A stretch of DNA of 64,000 bases from Chthoniobacteraceae bacterium (GTDB lineage: Bacteria > Verrucomicrobiota > Verrucomicrobiia > Chthoniobacterales > Chthoniobacteraceae), in the NCBI GenBank assembly GCA_031409335.1, contig JANNWY010000307.1:78407-142406 (forward strand), read 5' to 3'. Positions 10,501-20,000 of the stretch are shown here, piece after piece. Numbering within the stretch: position 1 is the stretch's first letter; the number at the start of each line of letters is the position of its first letter. Under the pieces are notes generated by a model. It saw only the letters and a list, made by a program, of their open reading frames with translations. It had not been told where the DNA came from and made no database searches. The translations under genes and the position numbers were made by a program.

Positions 10501-12364
10501 TTACGTGGCGAAAGTGCGGCCCGTCGCTTCGCCCGTGACCGTCTCGCTACCTGCGAATCGCGTCACCGCGAGCAATGGCGCGGGCAACAATGCGTCGATC
10601 ATTTTGAATCTGCCGTTCCTCGATGTGTCCGGTCCAGTGCCGGGCTTCACGCAATTGCCGCCCGGCTCGATCGTCAGCGGCGCATTCACCATCGGCGTGG
10701 ATTTTGGTGAAACCGTGGTCGGTTTGACTGCGGCCGATTTTCAAATCACAAACGGCACGCTCACCTCGCTCGGCGGCAACGGCAGTCTGTTCGCGCTCGG
10801 CATCGCGCCGCTCGCGCCGGGGCCGGTCGTCGTGACGGTGCGCGCGGGTGCCGTCGCGGATCTGCTCGGCAATGCGATGGGGCCTGCGGTGAGCGCCAGC
10901 TTTTTGAATCAAAGCAACGTGTATCTCGTGGAAGCGGAAAACGGCGCGCTCGGCGGCGGCTTCGTGATCGCAAACTCGGCGAACGCGAGCGGTGGAAAAT
11001 ACATCGTCTTTCCCGATGGCACCGGCGGCGGCGTCGAGTTTGTGGACGCGCGTCGCGCGGACTATTCGCTGTCCGTCCCCGAGGCCGGCGACTACCGGCT
11101 CGTGGGCCGCGTCAATTCGCCGGACAACAGCGCGGATTCGTTCTTCGTGCGCATGGATGGCGCGCCCGCGACGCCGTATCTCTGGGACACGCCGGTCACC
11201 GGCGGTTTTGTCGTCGATTACGTCAATAACCGCGGCGGTGCCGATCCCGTCATCTTTCCACTCACCGTCGGCCCGCACGTCGCGTCGATCTACGAGCGCG
11301 ACGACGGCACGCAGCTCGACTGGATCGCGCTCGAGCCGGTGAATCCGATCGTGCGCCTCAGCACTGCGGCGGGTGCGGTGTCCGGCGATTTCACGGTCAG
11401 CATCTTCTTCACGCAAAATGTCACCGGCCTCGCCGCGGCGGATTTTTCCATCGCGGGAGGAAACGTCACGAGCCTCGCCGGAAGCGGAGCCAGCTACACG
11501 CTCACCGTTCATCCCACCACGTCGCCCGTCATCATCTCGCTGCCCGCCGATGCCGCGGCAGACGCGCTTGGCGGCGGCAATCGGCCATCGAACACCGTGC
11601 TCGTGCCGTTCAACGATCCCGCGTTGCGCAACATCAGCATCTCGTCCGTCAGCGTCCCCGAAAATGCCGGTACCGCTGCCGTGATCGTTTCACTCAACGC
11701 ACCCGCAGTCGCGGGCGTGTCCGCGAGTTTTATCACGCTCAACGGCACCGCCGCGAGTCCCGGCGATTTTGTGGGAAGCTCAGGCAGCGTCACGATTCCA
11801 GCCGGGCAGCAGCAGACGATTGTGAACGTGCCGATCGTCAACGACTCGATCCGCGAAGCGAACGAATCGTTCACCGTGGAATTGCACACGCCCGTCAACG
11901 CCCAAATCGCCAGCGCGACCGCCGTCGTCACCATTCAAAACGACGACACGCTCTTCGACGAATGGGCGGGTGCGAACGGCCTCGCGGGCGCAACTCCCGG
12001 TGGCGACATCGACGGCGACGGCCTGCTCGACGCGCTCGAATTCGCCTTCAATCTCAACCCGCACAGCGGCCACGCGCCGCCATGGATTCCTGGCACCAAC
12101 ACCGGCCTCCCATCCGCCTCACTCGTCCTCGTGAACGAAGAGCCCACCTTCTTCGACCTCCACTATCTCCGCCGTCGCGCAGCCACAAATCCCGGCATCA
12201 CCTACCGCGCGCACATCGCGCACAATCTCGCCGACTGGCAGCCGTGGACCGGCGCGGAAACGGTCACCACGATCGACGCAACTTGGGAATCCGTCCGCAT
12301 CCGCGTCCCCCTCGCGCCCGGCAATCCACGGTGCTTCGGGCGGGTCGAGATTCAGATGCCTTGA
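7538..12364 (+). CDS. Secreted multidomain protein: glucose/sorbosone dehydrogenase-like propeller + diheme cytochrome c + F5/8 (discoidin) + Ig-like + CBM-like + Calx-beta + Verrucomicrobia-type C-terminal domain
   Basis: HNGGAMLFGPDGFLY and GLRSPH (GSDH); CLRCH and CSHCH heme motifs; AVDGNPDTLWHT (F5/8); NDSIREANESFTVEL (Calx-beta); DIDGDGLLDALEFAF...FGRV. Confidence 0.88.
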   Translation: MRTRFLPFAAALLIQCGTVLSQTGGLNAPQPVAPFLNGVFPATSPGEATGWTTVNAFPNLTFVDPIWLTPYPGTNNLVVAGKNGEIWLFNNNPNVAAATRILDLRTKVQTEGDQGLYCLVFHPQFGQAGSPNRGYIYISYNHRPALAGAGPDASYQRLSRFTIPDGSNIPDAASEQVLIHQYDPQSWHNGGAMLFGPDGFLYLTNGDGGNSNDSYNNSQRIDFGLFSGVLRIDVDRDPARSHPIRRQPQDAGRPAGWPVSFTANYYIPNDNPWLDPAGTILEEFYTVGLRSPHAMHRDAVTGDIWLGDVGQGTQEEISLVVRGGNNQWAFREGAVAGPKARPAVLIGTEQPPVHSYGRGVGSCVIGGLVYRGPEFATALGGKYLFGDHVAGVIWAMTYTPGQPPQITTLCNFPTGNKAGLANFCEDASGNVYLMNLAGTNVAGGTIRKLANTGLSPEPPALLSQTGAFSNLATLAPAAGLLPYDIGSPLWSDGAEKWRWIALPNDGSHNTAAEKIVFSEKGNWVFPAGTVFVKHFELPIDEGNPLLAKRLETRFLIATARGGHYGVTYRWNATGTEATLLQTGESAIISIATSGGGTRMQQWDFPSRNDCLRCHNLASGQALGVRTAPLDHDYFYPPTGRTANQLRTWNALGMFDRTLNSTEIDNFMASRALTDTAAPLEHRVRSYLDSNCSHCHRPGGAFDGFDARLGTPLSTQNLINGLLTGNFSSNPNHRYLRPGDLANSIVHLRASQAGPNNGVAMPPLAKNKVDDTAVQALAAYIGSITEAEFDSTYTVARYVRLIGDSEMFGNPWTTIAELTILRGSGQPIPQSDYIVTVDAEEPDGLGIYAVDGNPDTLWHTSWRDSDPPHPHTFTVDLGELTTVGGFRYLPRQDMANGRIKDWRFQISTDGVTWTQAGAGQFTDGTDLKIFDTLVGGIRPARASLAGPSGTVGGEFEVTLTFDFDVTGMTAGDFAVTNGALTGLRGSGHYYVAKVRPVASPVTVSLPANRVTASNGAGNNASIILNLPFLDVSGPVPGFTQLPPGSIVSGAFTIGVDFGETVVGLTAADFQITNGTLTSLGGNGSLFALGIAPLAPGPVVVTVRAGAVADLLGNAMGPAVSASFLNQSNVYLVEAENGALGGGFVIANSANASGGKYIVFPDGTGGGVEFVDARRADYSLSVPEAGDYRLVGRVNSPDNSADSFFVRMDGAPATPYLWDTPVTGGFVVDYVNNRGGADPVIFPLTVGPHVASIYERDDGTQLDWIALEPVNPIVRLSTAAGAVSGDFTVSIFFTQNVTGLAAADFSIAGGNVTSLAGSGASYTLTVHPTTSPVIISLPADAAADALGGGNRPSNTVLVPFNDPALRNISISSVSVPENAGTAAVIVSLNAPAVAGVSASFITLNGTAASPGDFVGSSGSVTIPAGQQQTIVNVPIVNDSIREANESFTVELHTPVNAQIASATAVVTIQNDDTLFDEWAGANGLAGATPGGDIDGDGLLDALEFAFNLNPHSGHAPPWIPGTNTGLPSASLVLVNEEPTFFDLHYLRRRAATNPGITYRAHIAHNLADWQPWTGAETVTTIDATWESVRIRVPLAPGNPRCFGRVEIQMP

Positions 12365-12407
12365 ACGCGCATTGCAGTCGCGAGATCGGTGCTCCGCCAA
12401 CGCGGCA
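12361..12407 (+). repeat. 47-bp direct repeat A, copy 1
   Basis: TTGAACGCGCATTGCAGTCGCGAGATCGGTGCTCCGCCAACGCGGCA; 42/47 identical to 20698..20744. Confidence 0.85.
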
Positions 12408-12527
12408 TCTTTCGGGGGCGAGGTCCTGACCCGCGGCGCGAGCCAGGCGGTGCCCGAACCCGGATCGGCGGCCCTGCTGCTCGGGGGCCTGGCCACCCTG
12501 CTCGGCCTGCGCCGACGGCAGGCGTGA
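12408..12527 (+). pseudogene. Orphan PEP-CTERM 3' gene fragment
   Basis: Reads SFGGEVLTRGASQAVPEPGSAALLLGGLATLLGLRRRQA* with no upstream gene body. Confidence 0.85.
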
Positions 12528-12591
12528 ACAATTTCGTCCGGGGAAGGACGGGGTGGCGGCAGTTTTCTTGACGGGGCACTGCCGCTCTCAA
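12525..12591 (+). repeat. Conserved post-PEP-CTERM element B (hairpin), copy 1
   Basis: TGAACAATTTCG...GTGGCGGCAGTTTTCTTGACGGGGCACTGCCGCTCTCAA; near-identical to 20356..20422. Confidence 0.85.
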
Positions 12592-12602
12592 AAGGGGGGT
12601 TC

Positions 12603-12638
12603 AAAGCCGCGCGGTGGGGACCGCGCGGCTTTCTTTTT
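12603..12638 (+). terminator. Probable intrinsic terminator
   Basis: AAAGCCGCGCGG-TGGGGA-CCGCGCGGCTTT followed by CTTTTT. Confidence 0.7.
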
Positions 12639-12806
12639 CCGATCGCGGGAGCCAGCGTGGCCGCAACCGCTGTTTCGCTACAGTCGGTTTCATGCCGGAT
12701 TGGTCGATGAGGCAGGCGAAGACGTCGGCCTGCTGGGCGATCTTTTCGGTGAGGGTGTTGCGCTGATCCCGGGCATTCAGCGTGATGGAGTTCGCACCCC
12801 CCCAGC

Positions 12807-13895
12807 TTACTCTCCGCTGCCCGCCGCCGCCGGTCCGATCGTCCCGCCGGGGATGAACTCCGCCCGGGTCAGCGTTTGCCGGATGTCCTTGCCACCCCGG
12901 CTCACCGTCGCCGCCCAGCGCACGATGCTGCGCACCACCGGACCGGAATCCCAGCGGATATGGGAGATGGACGGCGTACACCAGGCAAAGGTGGGATCGG
13001 CATCCGTGCAGACCAGCGAGACCTGCTCGGGCACCAGCAAGCGCCGCCGGGCGAGAAATTGCTGCGTCGCGGCGAAAAAGGTCGCTTCCTGGATGATCAG
13101 CGCGGTGGGTGGCGTGACTTGGAAGAGCGCGCCCAGCAGCTCCTGCAAGCCCTCCCTCGTCTCTTCCCAGTCCGGCAGATTGTAGGCACCCACCGCCACC
13201 CCGTGGACCTTGAGTTCCTCCAGAAAGACGCGCTCACTTTTGCCGGGCTCCGGCAGCCGCCGCAGCCGGCGGGCCAGCAGCACGATGCGCCGATGGCCGA
13301 GCCCGAGCAGTTCGCGGGTGGCGGCGGCCATGGCCGGCGGCTTATCCGGTCCGGCGGACGCGATGGGCACTTCGAGTCGGCGTCCGAAAAGGTCAAACGC
13401 CGGCACCGGCTGCACGGAAAACCACTCCAGCACCGCGCGCGCGCCGCCGATCACCACCCAGGCATCCGCCGCGGTCTTTTGCACCATCCGGGCGATGCGC
13501 GGCACCTCCATGCCGAGTTCCATCATGGCATGGGACGCGTAAATCGCCCCGTGCCCCGCCTCCACCAGCGCGTGCTGGAGTTCCACGATATAGTCCAGCT
13601 TCCGGTCGGCCGGCTCGAAGAGCAGAATCCCCACCCGCAAGGAGGGCGGGGCCTGGCCCTCCGGCAGCCGCTCCGGCAGCCGGATGAGCCGCTGCCGGCC
13701 GGCCCCTTGGGCGACCAGCAGCCCCTCCGCTTCGAGCTGCCGCAGCGCGGCCTCCACGGTCTTGTTGTTGACCTCCAATTCCTTCGCCAGGTGATGCTTC
13801 CCCGGCATGAGCCCGCGCCAGCGCCCCCGCCAGAGATCCGCCCGCAGAGCCCCGGTGACTTGCTCGGTGATCGACAAAAAACGGCTCGCAGCCAT
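12807..13895 (-). CDS. GntR-type HTH / LacI-type substrate-binding transcriptional regulator
   Basis: MPGKHHLAKELEVNNKTVEAALRQLEAEGLL (wHTH); LLGLGHRRIVL and VPEQVSLVC (periplasmic-binding-like). Divergent from the 14065 gene. Confidence 0.88.
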   Translation of the reverse strand: MAASRFLSITEQVTGALRADLWRGRWRGLMPGKHHLAKELEVNNKTVEAALRQLEAEGLLVAQGAGRQRLIRLPERLPEGQAPPSLRVGILLFEPADRKLDYIVELQHALVEAGHGAIYASHAMMELGMEVPRIARMVQKTAADAWVVIGGARAVLEWFSVQPVPAFDLFGRRLEVPIASAGPDKPPAMAAATRELLGLGHRRIVLLARRLRRLPEPGKSERVFLEELKVHGVAVGAYNLPDWEETREGLQELLGALFQVTPPTALIIQEATFFAATQQFLARRRLLVPEQVSLVCTDADPTFAWCTPSISHIRWDSGPVVRSIVRWAATVSRGGKDIRQTLTRAEFIPGGTIGPAAAGSGE

Positions 13896-13967
13896 GCCGC
13901 CGGACTTGGCCCAAAACCGGCCAGGCAGCGAGGAAAAAATATTTTGCCCACTCCGAGCGGGGTGGTA

Positions 13968-13993
13968 TGGGGAAATTCTGTAACGATTCCCCA
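13968..13993. promoter_or_regulatory. Candidate operator palindrome
   Basis: TGGGGAA-ATTCTGTAACGA-TTCCCCA between the divergent regulator and surface protein genes. Confidence 0.4.
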
Positions 13994-14064
13994 CAACGTC
14001 TCCTTCCCTCAACCTCCGTCGCACCTCTCCGCTCTCAGCAATCTCCCTTTCAAAGCCCAATACG

Positions 14065-17000
14065 ATGAAACCACGCCTCTTCTCCGCCGCTCGCCGTTCC
14101 TTCGCGCTCGCCGGCTCTATCGCCGCCCTGCTCGCCGCGCCTTCCGCCCAAGCCAACAACACTTGGGATGGTGATGCGGGTGGATCTTTCCTTTGGAGTA
14201 ACCCCGTAAACTGGGGATCGGATACCCCGCCCGTTTACGGCACGCTCACTTTCTCTGGCTCGATCGGCACCACCAATGTCAACGACAGCATTACGTCCAT
14301 GAACGGACTGCTGTGGACTGGCACAAGTGCGTGGACGCTCAACAACAGCGGCGGCACCATCCTTAGCCTTTTCGACCTCGGTGGCAGCACGCCGGCGAAA
14401 ATCGAAAACCAGAGCTCCGGCTTGGTGACCATCAATGCGCCGATCACTTTCGCAGCGACGGCAGGCCCGGTTTGGGGTGAAATCAACGCGGTCAATGGCG
14501 GCATCACCTTCGGTAGCGGGACTTTGACGGTCAACGGTTCGCAAGTGCAATACATCAAAATGTTCGGCGGCGGGCAGACCACCACCTTCAACAACACCGT
14601 CAGCGCCACCGGAAAGGCCTTCTACACGACCTCCGGGAGCGGGATGACCATGGCGGTGGGTGGCGCGTTCACTTCGGGTGACATTTTCATCATGAACGGC
14701 AGCACCCTGCGACTCAACAGCGGGGGCAGTATCACGACCAGTCAGTTGCGCCTGGGTGGCGATTTCGGAACGACACTGACGCAAAATCTAGCTCTGGGCG
14801 CGACGTTTGCCCTCACCAATGCGAGCGGTGGCCAAAGCTTTTCCAGCGGAATCAACACGGTTGGTAGCAACACTTCCAACGCGCTGCTCATCGATTCTCA
14901 AAACACCAGTGGGACGAACACCATCAGCAGCGCGATTGCCCTCGATTCCGGGCTGAGAATCCAGCAGGCGGCGGGCGGATCGCTGACGTTCAGCGGCGGC
15001 AGCATCAATATCAAAGCGCAGACCCTGACCGTTCAGGGTGCCGGGACCACCACCATCAATGAAGTGCTCGGCAGTTCGCTCGGTGCGGGCGGATCGCTGG
15101 TCAAGACCGGGGCCGGCACGCTGATCCTCCAGGGAATTACCAACAATTACACTGGAACCACCGCAGGCACTCTGAACGCCAACGGCACCCAGATCAATCA
15201 GGGAACGTTGGGTATCTATGGTGACCTCAGCCTCGGTGTGGCTCCCACTAGCGCCTACAACAACATTCAATTCACCGGCAGCGCCACTCTCCAGGACACC
15301 GCCAACAACATCACGTTGGCCGCGACGCGCAATATCAGCATCGCCGCTGGTGCAACGGCCACTTTTGACAGCCTTGCCAATACGTTCACCATCCCTGGCG
15401 TTATCTCTGGCGCGACCGGTGTGGTCACCAAGATTGGCACCGGCACTCTGACGCTCAACGGTGCAGCCGTGAACACCTTCGCCGGCGGCTTGAACGCCAA
15501 CGGCGGCACCCTGATACTCGACTACTCGAACCTCAGCACCCCGACCGCCACCACCCCGACCAACCTCATTGCTGCCACCAACGCCCTGCAGATCAACAAT
15601 GCCACGCTCACCATCACCGGCAAGAGCCTCGCTTCTACCACCACGGCGCAGACTTTCGCGGGCACGACGCTCGGCGCGGGAATCAATACGGTCAACATCG
15701 CCAAGGGCGCGTTGGGCACTTCCGCCACGCTCACTCTCGGCGCGCTCACGTTGAGCTCCATTTCCCTCACCACCTTCAGCCCGACCACGGCTTGGACGAC
15801 TGTGGCATCCGCCACCGAAAGGGTATTCATCTCCGCTGGTGGCAGTGTTAATGGGAGTGCCCTAGTACTTCCCAGCGGTGCCAACACGGCCTTTGTCAAC
15901 GCCGGCATGTTTCACCGCGTAGCGGGCGGTGCCGCAGGATCACTCCGCCTGGCCGCCGTGAATTCCAGTGGCCAACTCCTGGATAAAGCAAATGCCGCGA
16001 ATGTCGGAACCGCTACTTCTGGCGTTTTAACTGACGCGACTGCTTCTTACCAGTGGAACTCGAGCGTAAACACAACCCTTACGAACACTTCGGCCACGGC
16101 CTACGGATTGTTGCTCAATGGAAACAGCGACTTTCTAACCCTCACCTTGGCAGCCGGTGGCACCTTGACCATTAATTCGATTATCCAGATCAAATCCGCT
16201 CAAGGATTGACGTTCGCCCCCGGATCAGGAACCAGCAATATCATCATCGGTGCGGAAAGAAACCTGGTCATCGCCATGGACAACTCTTCCTTTGTGGCCA
16301 TCACCGCCCCCATCGCCAACAACGGTAGCACCGGAGGCACGGGCGGCACGGCATCTGCCCTCACCATCGCCGGCACCAGCCCGGGCTCGCAGGGCGCTGT
16401 GACCCTAGGCGGTGCAAACACCTACTCCGGTGCCACCACCATCACCCGCGGCACCTTGGCTCTGGGTAACGCGAGCGCCCTGTCAACCACCAGCGGCCTC
16501 ACCCTCGGCGGTGCCTCTGCGGCGACGCTTACCAACTCCGGGGACATCAACAACATCGTCATTAACGGGCCGATCACCGCGGCCAACAGCGGCATCACCT
16601 CCACCATCGCCTACGGCAGAACCACATCCGCTCAGGGGTCGATAAGCTTGCTTGGCGGCATTACGGGCGGCGGGGGCAACGTCACGTTTACCACTGTTAG
16701 CACCAGCAGTGGCGGCAACGTCCAGACCATCGTGTTGGGCGGTGGGGTCGGCAGCGCCGGCGCTTATGGCGGCAGCACGACCATTACGACCGGCAACGTC
16801 GGCAACTCCATGACGCTCAGGTCCGGAATCGCCAATGCCCTGCCCACGACCACCGTGTTGACCTTCGCTCAGAATAACGGCTCAGGCAGTGGTCGCACGA
16901 CGACTTTCGATCTAAACGGCAACAATCAGACGCTCGCCGGTTTGAGCAACACGGGCGTGGTGCCTGAGAATAGAAATATGACTGTGACCAGCGGAAGCGC

Positions 17001-20000
17001 AGCCACGCTGACCATCAACAGCACAGCCAACCACACCTTCGGCGGCAGAACGATTTCCACAGTGCAAACCACTGTCGGCACCAACACGAGAGCTCAAATT
17101 GCGGGGGCCATCTCCCTGATAAAGAATGGGGCGGGCACGTTCACCTTGGGCGGCACCCTGGCCGGTGGTGCCGTGGCGGCCGGCAACACCTTCACCGGCA
17201 GCACCCAGATCCTGGCAGGCATCCTGGTGCTGGGTGAGACCCTTTCAATCCAGAGCAGCGCCTTCGACACGGGGAGCGTTTTGGGTGATACCAACAACGG
17301 TCTTCGCGCCGGCATCGGCGGCACCGGCGTCACCACCCTGACCCTCGGCGGTCTCACCGGCGGCAACAGCTTCGCCAGTCGCTTCACCAGCACCACCGGT
17401 GGCTACACCGGCTTGACCGACCTCACGCTCAATCCAGGCACCGGAGTCACCCACACCTACTCCGGCGACGTCGGCAATGGAGCTGGCGCCATGGCCCTCA
17501 CCAAGTCCGGCGCGGGCACCCATGTCCTTTCCGGAACCAATACTCACACCGGCGGAACCAACATCAGCGCAGGCACGCTGTCCTTTGCCAATGGAGCGCT
17601 TGGCACGACTGGCAACATCACCTTCACCGGCAACAGCACTCTGCAATGGAACGGCGCCAACACGCAGGATATCTCCGCCCGCCTAGTGATGTCCACCGGC
17701 GTGACCTCCACCCTCGACACCAACAACAACAATGTGACGCTTGCCACGGGCTTCGGTAGTTCGAGCACGGGCGCGCTGACCAAGGTCGGCTCCGGCATCC
17801 TCACCCTTTCCGGAATCAACACCTACTCTGGCGCCACCACGATTGCAAGTGGTGGTGGCACGCTGCGCCTCGAAAATATCGCCGCCGTGTCAGCCTCCAG
17901 CGGAGTAACTCTCCTTGGAACCGGTGCCAATGCCACCGTCCTGCAATTTGCCACCAATACCCCGTTCGCAGGTTTCCCGCAAATCACCCATGGCTTTTCA
18001 AGCTCGTCGGGGGGCACCATTGTTTCAGATCGCTTGACCACAGGCGGTGGCCTCGTCCAAGTGCTTGGAAATGCATCACTCGGCAACGTTCAGATCAATT
18101 TCACTCAGGGGAGTCTCGTGAACGATACCGGAGCCGCTGGGATTTCACTTGGCAATGTCACCTTTGATACGTCCACCTCCGGAGGCAGCACGACATTCAA
18201 CCCGACCACGGCCAATCTCATCATCACGGGCACTGTCGCAGGTGGGGCCAGCGCCCTTGGTTCCCACACCATGGTTTTGGGTGGAACCAGCTTAGGAAAC
18301 CTCGTCAGCGGGAACATCACCAATGGATCAAGGCCCACCCAGAACCTCACCAAATCCGGCATCAGCACCTGGGTGCTCTCCGGCACCGGGAGCAATTACA
18401 ACGGTGCGACTACCATCAGCGGCGGCACGCTCGCCGGCATCGGAGCCAACGCCTTCGGCAACACCACGGGCATCAGCATCGCAGCGGCCTCCAGTGCCAC
18501 CCTCAGCCTGCGCGGCGATGCCAGCACTAACTTCGTCCGCGCCATAGACAGCGTGCCCTACTCAGTGACCACCACGGCCAACGGCGCGACCATCAACGTG
18601 GACGCTGCGACCGGAGTCACCACCCCCAAGACCATGACCATCGGCACGCTGCTGCTGAACACCGCCATCACCAACGGCACCACGTTCACTGGAGCCAACA
18701 ACACTAGCCTGAGCATCGGAGCCGTGACGACCGGAAACTCTGTCAGCGGCACCGAGACCCTGACGAACAGTATTTCCAGCAGCGGCACCCTCACGCTGGC
18801 CAGTGTCTCCGTGCTGCGCACGACAGCCCCGACCCTGAAATTCGATGGCGCTGGCAACACCACCGTCACTGGAGCAATCACCGAGTCCGCCCCCACAGCT
18901 CTGACCAAGGAAGGTGCTGGGACGCTTACCCTCACTGGCAGCAACAGCTACACGGGCACGACCACGGTCACGCTTGGCACGCTGAAACTCGACCGGGCCG
19001 CGGCGGACAACAACACCATCGCCACCGATGGACTCACCGCCACCACCTCGGACATCCTCATCAATGGCGGCACCTTGGAGCTGGCCGCCAGCGAGCAGAT
19101 CGCCAACACCGGCTCGATCAACATGACCAGTGGTGCCTTCAACTTCGGCGCGGCCACCGGCAAGACCGAGACCATCGACAAGTTCAGTAACAGCGGCGGC
19201 GCGTTCACCACCGGAGCGAACACCCTCATCGGTCTCGGCGCCACCATCACCTGGTCGGGCGGCACCAACACCGTCAGCGCCGGCGGCAACGTCCAAGACG
19301 GCCACATCGTCATCAGCGGCGGAACGAACACCGTGGAAGGTGGAGCCACCGGCGGCGTATTGGAGCTGCTTAGCACCTCACCGGCCTTGCTGGAAATGTC
19401 CGCCGGCAGCACCCTGACCCTGAACTCCGATAATGGCGTGGCCGGCAAGCTTCTGCTCAGGGGCAATGTCAGCACCAGTGGCGACTCCACCGTGACCATC
19501 GCCAGCGGCCTGGCGCTGACCAACAAGGGGAACATCGATCTGGATGGGCCAAGCGCGCGCACCTTCACCGTCGCGGAAGGCGCAGCGGCCACCGATCTCG
19601 CGATCAGCGCGGTCATCACCAACGGGGCATTGACCAAGGCAGGCGCGGGCACGATGGCCCTGACCGCCGTGAATACCTACACTGGCACGACGCTGGTGAG
19701 CAACGGAACCTTGAGCGTGGACAACAACAATACCACGACCTTTGGCAAGATCACCGGCAGTGCGGCGGCGGCGTCCATCACCGTGAACAATGGCGGGACG
19801 CTGCTGCTGGCCGGAGCGGGGAACAATGACCGCATCGCCAACGCCGCTGGGGTGACGCTGGCTGGCGGGACGCTGGGTCTGGCCGCGGGAGTGAATGTCA
19901 GTGAAGGGGTGGCAATGGAGAAGAACGCCGGGGTGCTGACGGTGGGCACGAGCAGTGTGGGTCTGGGCTTGCTGACCTTGTCGGCCAACTCGACGCTGGA

